Shown piece after piece: positions 8,722 to 17,007 of a stretch of DNA of 39,266 bases; position 1 is the stretch's first letter, and every line of letters starts with the position of its first letter. The DNA is from an uncultured Bdellovibrionales bacterium (GTDB taxonomy: Bacteria; Patescibacteriota; Minisyncoccia; Moranbacterales; UBA1568): assembly GCA_964501755.1 (NCBI GenBank), contig CAZCTF010000001.1, positions 1,314 to 40,579 of the forward strand, written 5' to 3'. The position numbers and the translations under genes are program-made. Under the pieces are notes generated by a model. That model ran no database searches, was not told the origin of the DNA, and worked only from the letters and a program-made list of their open reading frames with translations.

Positions 8722-9414
8722 ATGACATTTGACGCCAAGAAAATCGCTACAGCACTCGGTATCCGAATCAGCAACACTGCACTCTTCCAAGAGGCAGTGA
8801 CGCACCGGTCGTATTTGAACGAGCACAAGAGCCATCCGGTGCCGCATAATGAACGGCTGGAATTTTTGGGCGACGCGGTGCTCGAGCTCGCGGTGACCGA
8901 ACGCCTATACGCAGACTTTCCGGATCGCCCCGAGGGCGAGCTGACGGCACTCCGAGCGGCGCTCGTCAATAGTGACATGCTGTCAAAAATCGGTCGTGAC
9001 CTCGAGATTGAGCAGTTTCTCCTCATGAGCCGAGGAGAGGCAAAGGATACTGGCCGGGCACGAGCCTTTCTCATTGCGAACGCGGTCGAAGCAGTCATCG
9101 GTGCGCTGTATCTTGACCAGGGGTATGATGCTGCCAAAGCATTTATCGAGGCTCGCGTTCTGACGCGGATACAGGAGGTACTCGATGCTAAGCTGTACAC
9201 TGATCCGAAAAGCCGTTTTCAAGAACTGTCACAGGAAAAACTCGGTATCACGCCACAGTATCGTGTCTTGCGCGAGTCAGGTCCTGACCATGATCGCCGT
9301 TTTATCGCCGGAGTGTTCATTGGTGACGAGCTTATTGCCGAGGGCGAGGGGTTGTCCAAACAGGATGCTCAACGAAATGCTGCCAAAGAGGGGCTCATCA
9401 AGAAAGGCTGGTGA
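8722..9414 (+). CDS. rnc: ribonuclease III
   Basis: Signature ERLEFLGDAVLELAVTERLY plus C-terminal dsRBD (SKQDAQRNAAKEGL). Confidence 0.95.
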   Translation: MTFDAKKIATALGIRISNTALFQEAVTHRSYLNEHKSHPVPHNERLEFLGDAVLELAVTERLYADFPDRPEGELTALRAALVNSDMLSKIGRDLEIEQFLLMSRGEAKDTGRARAFLIANAVEAVIGALYLDQGYDAAKAFIEARVLTRIQEVLDAKLYTDPKSRFQELSQEKLGITPQYRVLRESGPDHDRRFIAGVFIGDELIAEGEGLSKQDAQRNAAKEGLIKKGW

Positions 9415-9475
9415 GTAGAGCTCGAGCTCTGTTGCTTTCGGTCTGTCGAATAAGTAGTCAGAAGAAGCTTATCTG

Positions 9476-9504
9476 TTGACAGAAGAGTCTTTTTTCTATT
9501 AGAT
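9476..9504 (+). promoter_or_regulatory. candidate sigma70-type promoter for the 160-aa orphan gene
   Basis: TTGACA (9476-9481), 17-nt spacer, TTAGAT (9499-9504); weak -10. Confidence 0.3.
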
Positions 9505-9554
9505 GAAGCCACGTTACTTCCCATCAACCGTTCAAGGCCTCAGAGGAGTCAGTC

Positions 9555-10037
9555 ATGAGTTTCCGAACCGAACTACATGCCGGTATTTCCAAGGCGATCG
9601 CCAAGCACCTACAGCTGCTTGAAACATCGGTCATGCTTGGTCCGCTCATGAGTGATGCCCAGAACGACGCTTGGTGCCGCACCTTCTTGCGGGCGTTGTT
9701 CGAAAGTCGAGTCTTTACCCCGGAAGATTTCCGGGAGGCGGTTACCCAGGCCGTGGGGACGTATGGCCTGGCGATGTACCAACAGGTTCTCCGTGGGGAG
9801 TATCCGGATCACGTCACTTCGCCGCAGGCGTTGGCCTATGTGCTCCGCATCGGGGTTCTCAGCCCCGGCGTGGCGAGCGGAATCCGCTTCGATCATGGCG
9901 AGACGCTGGAGCAGTTCAAGGCACGCTCCGAGGGTCTGATTGAGAAGATCATGAAGCAGCTCACGGATGGACCACGACCCCTGGCTCTCTTGCCCGGTAC
10001 GGACGCAGGAACAATCTGCGAAGGCTGTGGTCAGTAG
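9555..10037 (+). CDS. hypothetical protein (160 aa)
   Basis: ATG preceded by AGAGGAG; followed by a strong terminator; no family recognised. Confidence 0.55.
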   Translation: MSFRTELHAGISKAIAKHLQLLETSVMLGPLMSDAQNDAWCRTFLRALFESRVFTPEDFREAVTQAVGTYGLAMYQQVLRGEYPDHVTSPQALAYVLRIGVLSPGVASGIRFDHGETLEQFKARSEGLIEKIMKQLTDGPRPLALLPGTDAGTICEGCGQ

Positions 10038-10060
10038 GTTTGAGGCGGCGAATTACCGCA

Positions 10061-10090
10061 GGGAAGGCATGCCCCTTCCCTTTTTCTTTT
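10061..10090 (+). terminator. Rho-independent terminator
   Basis: GGGAAGG-catgcc-CCTTCCC followed by TTTTTCTTTT. Confidence 0.7.
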
Positions 10091-10166
10091 GGGATGGGAG
10101 CGGCTATACTAAGGGCATACGAGGAAACAGGCCGCTTGGCCGTTCCTTTATTGATGTTTTCCGCGC

Positions 10167-12467
10167 ATGTATCTCAAGAAGCTCGAATTGAACGGTTTCA
10201 AGTCTTTCGCCACAAAGACGGTTTTGGATTTTCTCCCGGACTGCGATATTGCGGGTGGCGGCAAGTGTGGCATCACGGCGATCGTCGGACCGAACGGTTC
10301 CGGTAAATCGAATGTTGCGGATGCAATCCGTTGGGCGATCGGCGAGCAGTCGTCAAAGAATCTCCGTGGCAAAAAATCCGAAGACGTCATCTTTGCGGGG
10401 ACCGAGGGGAAAGCGCGGCTCGGGACCGCGGCGGTCACACTCTATTTTGACAATACCGACAAACGCATCCCGATTGAATTTTCTGAAGTCGCCATCACGC
10501 GCAAGGTGCACCGGAGCGGCGATAGCGAATACCTCATCAATGGTTCGCGCGTGCGACTCCTCGACGTTGTCGATCTGCTTGCCAAAGCAGGCGTCGGCCG
10601 GGATAGTTATTGCGTCATCACCCAGGGCATGAGCGATGCCGTCTTGAATGCGACTCCGCTCGAGCGGCGCGCTATCTTCGAGGACGCGGCGGGTGTGAAA
10701 CAGCATCAGATCGAGAAGGATCGAGCGCTCCGGAAGCTCGAAAGCACCCGTGAGAATCTCATCCGTGTCGATTCGCTCACGATCGAAATCGAACCGCACC
10801 TCCGGAATCTCCGTCGTCAGGCCGAAAAGGCCTCGCAGGCAAAGGATATCGCCCTGGAGCTCCGCTCAAAGCAAGAGCTCCTGTATGGCTATCTTTGGCA
10901 TGCGTTCAGTGAAGAGCGTGAGAGTCTCGTCTCACGCCGGAAAGCCATCGAAGAAGCGATAGTGAAGCTCGAAGAAGAGACGGCCCAGCTTGAGGAGCGG
11001 TCCAAGTGTGCGGCAGCGGCAATGGAGACAAATGATCGGGAGGAAGTAATCGAAACCGAAATCGGGAAGCTTCGGGAAGAACTGAACGGAATTGTTCGTG
11101 AGAAGAGTATTCTCGAGGGGCGCCATGAGGCCGAAGCGGAAAAACAGAAAGAGCGCGAAGAAATCGAGATTATCCCGGTTGATCTTAATTTTGTTCAGGC
11201 GCGACTTGAAGAGATCGCTACGCTCCAAGCGGAGCTGATTGATAAACTGGCGCATGTAGAGAAATTGGAAGATCTCCAGGATATCCGTGAGTTTGCGACT
11301 GTTGTTCGACAGCGGATTGCTGATTTGCGCACGCAGGCTGGCGAGGGGAGCGTAAAGATGAAGAAAGTCATGGCCCTCTCGGATGCGGAGCGGGAAGCTG
11401 CGGCGGCGCGTATGGCCGAGATCGAATCTGGACTTGCTCGACTCGAGGAAAGCGTTCGCGTGGCCGAAGCAAAAGTTACGGAGAAGAGCGCCGAGCTTAT
11501 GTCGGTGCGCGAGGCGGGTCGGGCGGAGCGCGAGGCGTATTTCAATGCCGAGAAGGAATTCCGCGAGAAAGAGCACCTCCTCCAGCGGAAGAAAGACGAG
11601 CTCAATGACCTGAAAGTCGGACTTGCTCGTGTCGAAGTCCGAGAAGAGGATCTGACAAATCTCGTTCGCGAGGAACTCTCGGTCGCGCCGGAAATACTTC
11701 AGTACGATGGGACGCCGGTCGAACGTGAACGGCTTGAGCGCGAAGTTGCCCGACTCAAAGTGGAAGTTGAGCATGTCGGCACGATTGATCCCTTGATCGT
11801 CGATGAATTCCAGGAGACGGAAAAGCGTTTTGCCTTCCTCTCGACCGAATCGGAAGACTTGAAGAAGGCAGCGGAGTCGCTCAAAGAAGTGATCAAGGAA
11901 ATGGATCACAAGATTGATGCCGCGTTCAAAGATGCTTTCAAAGAAATAGATAAGCGTTTTGCTGAGTATTTCAAGATCATCTTCGGCGGCGGCAAGGCGA
12001 GCCTGGAAATCGTCAAAGTGAAGACACGGAAATCATCGGATGAAGCGACGGAAGATGAAGACGAACTCGATGATGTTGAGCAGGCTCCCGAAGCCTATGA
12101 AGTGGGTATTGAGATTGCTGCCTGCCCGCCCGGGAAGCGGATTCATAATCTCTCCATGCTCTCTGGCGGCGAACGCTCGCTGACGTCCCTCGCACTTCTC
12201 TTTGCGATCATTTCGCACAACCCGCCGCCCTTTGCGGTCCTCGATGAGGTGGAAGCAGCGCTCGATGAGGCAAACTCACGTCGTTTCTCGAAGATGCTCG
12301 CTGAACTTTCGGAGCACACCCAGTTCATTGCTATCACGCACAACCGAGAGACGATGGCACAGGCTGGACTCCTCTACGGCGTGACAATGGCCAAGGACGG
12401 CGTCTCAAAACTCCTCTCCGTCCGACTTGATCAGGTCGGTGAAGGTGGAAAAGTCGAAACGAAATAA
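10167..12467 (+). CDS. smc: SMC-family chromosome segregation ATPase, unusually short (766 aa), no recognisable hinge
   Basis: N-head LELNGFKSF...GPNGSGKSNVADAIRWAIGEQS; C-head LSGGERSLTSLALLFAI and FAVLDEVEAALDEAN; heptad-rich charged middle of about 365 aa. Confidence 0.85.
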   Translation: MYLKKLELNGFKSFATKTVLDFLPDCDIAGGGKCGITAIVGPNGSGKSNVADAIRWAIGEQSSKNLRGKKSEDVIFAGTEGKARLGTAAVTLYFDNTDKRIPIEFSEVAITRKVHRSGDSEYLINGSRVRLLDVVDLLAKAGVGRDSYCVITQGMSDAVLNATPLERRAIFEDAAGVKQHQIEKDRALRKLESTRENLIRVDSLTIEIEPHLRNLRRQAEKASQAKDIALELRSKQELLYGYLWHAFSEERESLVSRRKAIEEAIVKLEEETAQLEERSKCAAAAMETNDREEVIETEIGKLREELNGIVREKSILEGRHEAEAEKQKEREEIEIIPVDLNFVQARLEEIATLQAELIDKLAHVEKLEDLQDIREFATVVRQRIADLRTQAGEGSVKMKKVMALSDAEREAAAARMAEIESGLARLEESVRVAEAKVTEKSAELMSVREAGRAEREAYFNAEKEFREKEHLLQRKKDELNDLKVGLARVEVREEDLTNLVREELSVAPEILQYDGTPVERERLEREVARLKVEVEHVGTIDPLIVDEFQETEKRFAFLSTESEDLKKAAESLKEVIKEMDHKIDAAFKDAFKEIDKRFAEYFKIIFGGGKASLEIVKVKTRKSSDEATEDEDELDDVEQAPEAYEVGIEIAACPPGKRIHNLSMLSGGERSLTSLALLFAIISHNPPPFAVLDEVEAALDEANSRRFSKMLAELSEHTQFIAITHNRETMAQAGLLYGVTMAKDGVSKLLSVRLDQVGEGGKVETK

Positions 12468-12468
12468 C

Positions 12469-12951
12469 ATGCGCATACTCAAAGGCCGCGAACAATCCAA
12501 AGCTGAAGAGTATCTCCAAGAAGCGGCGCTATTAGCACGGCAAGCGACCTGCAAAGACGCGCAGTGTGGCGCAGTGATTGTAAAGGACGGGGAAATCATT
12601 GGCCGCGGGTTTAATTCGCCGCCGACTGGCACGTCGACGCATCGCTGTCAGACCCCGAAGTCGGCCTATCATGCACGGGTGACAGACAAGACCTGCTGCA
12701 TCCATGCCGAAGTCCGAGCGGTCCAGGACACGCTCCGATGCAATCCAGGCAAACTTTTAGGGGCGGCTCTTTATTTCGTCCGGGTGGATGAGCAGGGCAC
12801 ACTGAAGCAATCGGGCGAGCCGTACTGTACGCTCTGTAGCAAACTGGTGCTCGATGCGGGAATCGCGACCTTTCACCTCTTTCGCAAAGAGGGGATCGTG
12901 AGCTATGCGACCGACGAATACAATGAGCGCTCGTTTTCTTATGTCGGGTAA
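12469..12951 (+). CDS. CMP/dCMP-type zinc deaminase
   Basis: CIHAEVRAV (HAE) and PYCTLCSKLV (CxxC) zinc motifs; ATG 12469 lies 1 nt after the smc stop. Confidence 0.8.
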   Translation: MRILKGREQSKAEEYLQEAALLARQATCKDAQCGAVIVKDGEIIGRGFNSPPTGTSTHRCQTPKSAYHARVTDKTCCIHAEVRAVQDTLRCNPGKLLGAALYFVRVDEQGTLKQSGEPYCTLCSKLVLDAGIATFHLFRKEGIVSYATDEYNERSFSYVG

Positions 12952-12960
12952 TCCGGATGC

Positions 12961-13073
12961 CCGTTGACCCCGTTAGAGTTCTGTCAATCAAAGTTCATGC
13001 ACAAAGAGACTTAAGAGTCTTGGGTCGTCTGGTTCGCTCGGTCGTTTCGTCAGAACTCTAACGGGGTTGACGG
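12961..13073. repeat. 113-bp element bounded by 23-bp inverted repeats
   Basis: ccgttgaccccgttagagttctg (12961-12983) pairs with cagaactctaacggggttgacgg (13051-13073): 21 Watson-Crick plus 2 G-U pairs as RNA; 67-nt interior with a small agact-taag-agtct hairpin. Confidence 0.85.
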
Positions 13074-13095
13074 CCTTTCGGAATCAGGCTAGAAT
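13067..13095 (+). promoter_or_regulatory. candidate sigma70-type promoter of rpsP
   Basis: TTGACG (13067-13072), 17-nt spacer, TAGAAT (13090-13095), about 40 nt upstream of the rpsP ATG. Confidence 0.55.
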
Positions 13096-13135
13096 GGCTC
13101 TCGTATATCGCTTTTTACGCTTTTTTAGGGAAACT

Positions 13136-13504
13136 ATGCTCGTCATCCGCCTCAACCGCTTTGGCAAAAGAAATCAGGCTCAGTTCCGGCTCGTCCTCCA
13201 GGAGAAGACCAAGGCTCCGGGACATCGTCATATCGAGATGCTGGGGAGCCATAACCCGCACTCCAAAGTTACGATCCTGAAGAAGGACCGTATCCTGTAC
13301 TGGATCGGCCAGGGCGCACAGCCGTCTGACCGGGTCCATAATATGCTCGTGAAGGATGGTATGATCGAGGGAAAGATCGTTCCGAAGAAAATGCCTCGTC
13401 CAGTGAAGAAAGAAGAAGAGGCCCCGAAGGCGGAAGAGGTTGCACCAGTAGCTGAAGCAGCTGCTGAGGTGGCTGCTCCGAGTGAAGCCCCGAAGGCTGA
13501 GTAG
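13136..13504 (+). CDS. rpsP: 30S ribosomal protein S16 with Ala/Glu/Lys/Pro-rich tail
   Basis: MLVIRLNRFGKRNQAQFRLVL N-terminus; ATG 13136. Confidence 0.9.
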   Translation: MLVIRLNRFGKRNQAQFRLVLQEKTKAPGHRHIEMLGSHNPHSKVTILKKDRILYWIGQGAQPSDRVHNMLVKDGMIEGKIVPKKMPRPVKKEEEAPKAEEVAPVAEAAAEVAAPSEAPKAE

Positions 13505-13510
13505 CCGGGG

Positions 13511-13539
13511 TTGACGCAGCTAGGTTTCTCGGGTACGAT
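13511..13539 (+). promoter_or_regulatory. candidate promoter of rplJ-rplL, followed by a 5' leader of about 145 nt
   Basis: TTGACG (13511-13516), 17-nt spacer, TACGAT (13534-13539); shares the 11-mer cggggttgacg with the rpsP promoter. Confidence 0.45.
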
Positions 13540-13688
13540 AGTGCTACAACTGAATACTTCCAAAGACCTAAAGTGATGTCGCAAGACTCGTAAATCTTTA
13601 GCAGGAACAATGAAAAGCCTTTGGCTTTGCAGATGTTTCGGTCTCCTGGAAGAGGGGATTTTTTGTTTCTTAAGAGGACTACATCACT

Positions 13689-14216
13689 ATGCAGCAGAAT
13701 AAATCACAGAAGACCGAGCTCATCGCCGAGGTCGCAGCCAAAGCAAAAGGCTCGAAAGCGCTCGTCTTCGCCAACTTCAAGGGTGTTTCCGTGAAGGACA
13801 TCACGACCTTGCGTCGGAGCCTTCGCGAGACGGGCTCGAGCTGGCAGGTTTTGAAGAAGACCCTCCTCAATCGGGCGCTCGATGAGGTCGGTGTGAAAGT
13901 AGATGCGCGCAGTCTGGATGGTCAGGTCGGTGTCGCGTTCTCGAGCGATGAAGTCGCTGCCGCCAAGACGATCGCGGATTTCATCAAAGCGAACAAGGAA
14001 TCTACACTCTCGATCGTCGGGGGTTCGCTCGGTTCCGAAGCGCTTTCGGTGGAGGCCGTAAAGGCACTCGCCAAGCTTCCATCTCGGGATGAACTTCGGG
14101 CCAAGCTCGTCGGGACGCTCCAGGCGCCGATTAGCGGGTTCGTTCGGACGCTCTCTGGCAATCTCACTGGTCTGGTGAGGGTGCTCGGTGCGGTGCGGGA
14201 TAGCAGGAGTGCCTAA
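13689..14216 (+). CDS. rplJ: 50S ribosomal protein L10
   Basis: [39 protein letters not shown]; immediately upstream of rplL. Confidence 0.9.
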   Translation: MQQNKSQKTELIAEVAAKAKGSKALVFANFKGVSVKDITTLRRSLRETGSSWQVLKKTLLNRALDEVGVKVDARSLDGQVGVAFSSDEVAAAKTIADFIKANKESTLSIVGGSLGSEALSVEAVKALAKLPSRDELRAKLVGTLQAPISGFVRTLSGNLTGLVRVLGAVRDSRSA

Positions 14217-14250
14217 TCAATTTTGTAATAAGGTAATAACCATTACGCAT

Positions 14251-14652
14251 ATGTCAGAAGAAAAGAAGGAAGTCGTGGTGCCAGCGAAGTTCGAGAAGCT
14301 CGTCGCTGAGATCGAGAAGATGAGTGTGCTCGACCTCTCCGAGCTCGTCGGTGTGCTCGAGGACAAGTTTGGTGTTTCGGCTGCCGCTCCGATGATGATG
14401 GGCGCTGCTCCGGCCGCTGCCGCTGAAGCTGTGGAGGAGAAGACTGATTTTGATGTCGAGCTCACCGCCGCTGGTGCCCAGAAGATCAACGCGATCAAGG
14501 CCGTCCGCGAAGTGACTGGTCTCGGCCTGAAGGAAGCCAAGGACCTCGTTGACGCCGCTCCGAAGGTCATCAAGGAAAAGGTTGCCAAGGCTGACGCCGA
14601 AGCGATGAAGAAGAAACTCGAGGAAGCTGGTGCGACCGTAACTTTGAAGTAA
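14251..14652 (+). CDS. rplL: 50S ribosomal protein L7/L12
   Basis: [19 protein letters not shown], Ala-rich hinge, C-terminal domain [18 protein letters not shown]...[10 protein letters not shown]. Confidence 0.95.
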   Translation: MSEEKKEVVVPAKFEKLVAEIEKMSVLDLSELVGVLEDKFGVSAAAPMMMGAAPAAAAEAVEEKTDFDVELTAAGAQKINAIKAVREVTGLGLKEAKDLVDAAPKVIKEKVAKADAEAMKKKLEEAGATVTLK

Positions 14653-14725
14653 GGCGAAAAGCTACCCTGAGTTTATCGAAGGGTGACCCCTCAAATAATC
14701 TCCGTTTCAAGAGATTTTAAAAAGG

Positions 14726-14806
14726 CCCCGCACCATTTTTTGCAATGACCCCTCAATGTGAAGGAGAGGATCTTGTGTAGAAAATGGTGCGGGGTCTTTT
14801 GTTTTG
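14726..14806 (+). terminator. terminator-like long hairpin after rplL
   Basis: ccccgcaccatttt (14726-14739) pairs perfectly with aaaatggtgcgggg (14781-14794), followed by tcttttgtttt. Confidence 0.6.
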
Positions 14807-14831
14807 ACAAAAAATAAGAGAGGAGTAGGAT
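14804..14831 (+). promoter_or_regulatory. candidate promoter of the antiporter gene
   Basis: TTGACA (14804-14809), 16-nt spacer, TAGGAT (14826-14831). Confidence 0.3.
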
Positions 14832-14899
14832 GGCAAAGTATCAGTTTCTGGCCCCGAAAAGGCCTCTTTTGTTTGGTCAAAAATTAGCTTCAAAAAATT

Positions 14900-16990
14900 A
14901 TGTCCCTCGAAGTCGTCTTGGCGGTAGCTGTTTTAATGCTCATTTCCATTGGGACATACTTTGTCGCCGGTCGCTTGAAAGTCCCGTACACGGTGCTCCT
15001 TGTCATCGTCGGTTCTGTCCTTGTTCCGTTATCGAACTTTCCCTTCTTTCATTTCATCAAGAGTTTTCAGTTGACACCAGAGCTCCTCTTTTTCGTCTTT
15101 CTCCCAGTGCTCATCTTCGAGTCGGCCTATAACATGAACATGCGGGAGATGGCCGAGAATATCCGGTCGATCTCATGGCTTTCCGTCGTCAGCCTTATTG
15201 TTTCGGCATTTTTCGTCGCATTCGCACTTTTCTGGGGGCTCAAGCTTATTGGTTTCCCGGTACCGTTCATGGCAACGCTCATTTTTGGTGCCCTCATCTC
15301 GGCGACGGATCCAGTAGCAGTCCTCGCGCTGTTCAAGGAGTTCGGCGTACCACGCCGACTCTCGCTTATTTTCGAAGGAGAGAGTCTTTTCAATGACGGA
15401 ACCTCGCTCGCCCTTTTCTTGATCGTGCTCGAAGTGGCAATCGCTGGCTTTACTGGATTCGGCAGCATCCTCGGTGGATTGTTCATGTTTACCACGATGG
15501 TCTTGGGTGGCGTCGCTTTCGGTCTTTTCATGGGATTTATCTTTTCCAAGATCATCGGAAAAGTGAAAGACAATGAACACATCGAGATCACGCTGACGAT
15601 GCTTGTGGCACATCTCACCTTCATCCTTTCTGAACTCATCTCGCACCATCTTGTCCTCTTCGGACAGGAGATTAAGTTTTCTTCGATCATCGCGACAGTC
15701 ATGGCATCCATGGTGATCGGCAACTACGGCCGTTTCAAGATCTCGCCACGTGTCGAGGAGTATATGGAGAAGTTCTGGGGCTATTTTGCTTTCGTGGCCA
15801 ACTCGCTCGTATTCATCCTGATGGGACTCCTCTTTGCCGACCTCCCAATCCAGTTCAACCATTTCATCCTCCCGATGCTCATTACCGTCGTCGTCGTGCT
15901 CGTCGGGCGCGCCCTCTCGATCTATCCGGTTGTCGCAGCGGTCAATTGGATGAAGAAAGAAAAACCGATTCCGATGAGTTGGCAGCACCTTCTCGCGTGG
16001 GGGAGTCTGCGTGGCGCGCTCGCAGTCACGATGGTGCTCCTCATCCCGGATACGCTCACGCTCCCAGGCTGGAATTATGACTTTACCGTGAAGGAATTCA
16101 TCGCAGCGATCACAATCGGCTGTATTTATTTCACGCTCTGCATCAAAGCGACCTCGATCGGGACGATGATCAAGAAAATGAAATTGTCCGACCTGACCCC
16201 ACTCGAAACAGTAGAGTACCATGAGTGCTCTGCCTTGGTCTATCAGGAAGCGCTCGAGAAACTTGAGGACTTCCATAGCAAGGGGTATGTAAAGAATGAG
16301 ATCTTCGAGCGTTTGAAGCGCGAGTATACGGAGCGCTATGAAGAGTCAGCCGCCTCTTGCAAAGCGCTTTTTGAGGCGACGCCGGCCGATATGGGCCGTG
16401 CGCTCCAGATGTATGCACTCGGCATGGAAAAGCGTTTTCTGAAGGAACTATACGTCTATCAGGAAATATCGGAATCTGAATACAAGGAAATCCTGAATAA
16501 AATTGCTATTCAGACTAATCGTGTCGAAGAAGGGCGGGAGCAGGTGACCGGCCATGCTGAGCGGTTCCAACTCGACTGGTTCGAAACGCTCGTTATGTGG
16601 TTCCGAAAGAAGTTTTACCCAAAGACCCCGAAGCAGGAGCTTCTTGAGGAGTACCGATACTATCGGGCCCAGGAAGTAGTGCTGGCCAAGGTGCTCCGAC
16701 GCCTGAAATTAATTTCAGAGCGCTTCCCCGGGTTGTATGGAGATGATACTTCGATCCAATCGGTTATTGCCATTTATGAGGGGCTCCGGGCCGATGCCGA
16801 GCGGAAGCGTGACGGGGTAGCGGTCAAAATTGGCACCGAACTTGCTTATTTGAATGAGTCTTTCGGTCGGTATGCACTTTTCAAGACCGAGGAACGGATG
16901 CTGGACGAGCTCCTCGAGAATGCGATGCTCCCGCGCAAAGTGGCGAATATGCTCTATAATGAACTGAAAGACGAGGCCTACTCGATCTAG
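14900..16990 (+). CDS. nhaP: CPA1-family (NhaP-type) Na+(K+)/H+ antiporter with large C-terminal cytoplasmic helical domain
   Basis: Multi-TM N-terminal about 430 aa with ISATDPVAVLALFKEFGVP motif; 696 aa in total. Confidence 0.85.
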   Translation: MSLEVVLAVAVLMLISIGTYFVAGRLKVPYTVLLVIVGSVLVPLSNFPFFHFIKSFQLTPELLFFVFLPVLIFESAYNMNMREMAENIRSISWLSVVSLIVSAFFVAFALFWGLKLIGFPVPFMATLIFGALISATDPVAVLALFKEFGVPRRLSLIFEGESLFNDGTSLALFLIVLEVAIAGFTGFGSILGGLFMFTTMVLGGVAFGLFMGFIFSKIIGKVKDNEHIEITLTMLVAHLTFILSELISHHLVLFGQEIKFSSIIATVMASMVIGNYGRFKISPRVEEYMEKFWGYFAFVANSLVFILMGLLFADLPIQFNHFILPMLITVVVVLVGRALSIYPVVAAVNWMKKEKPIPMSWQHLLAWGSLRGALAVTMVLLIPDTLTLPGWNYDFTVKEFIAAITIGCIYFTLCIKATSIGTMIKKMKLSDLTPLETVEYHECSALVYQEALEKLEDFHSKGYVKNEIFERLKREYTERYEESAASCKALFEATPADMGRALQMYALGMEKRFLKELYVYQEISESEYKEILNKIAIQTNRVEEGREQVTGHAERFQLDWFETLVMWFRKKFYPKTPKQELLEEYRYYRAQEVVLAKVLRRLKLISERFPGLYGDDTSIQSVIAIYEGLRADAERKRDGVAVKIGTELAYLNESFGRYALFKTEERMLDELLENAMLPRKVANMLYNELKDEAYSI

Positions 16991-17007
16991 AATCAACCCC
17001 CAATCAT

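Noticed and set aside
15173-16276. 367-aa antisense ORF inside the antiporter gene. Similar long antisense ORFs occur at 3130..4089 and 4834..5607 in dnaE, 10932..11909 in smc, 33454..34185, and 35232..35963
   Set aside because: They are shadow ORFs opposite strongly supported genes. Their composition is His/Arg/Asp/Glu-rich or otherwise biased, they have no RBS and I recognise no family.
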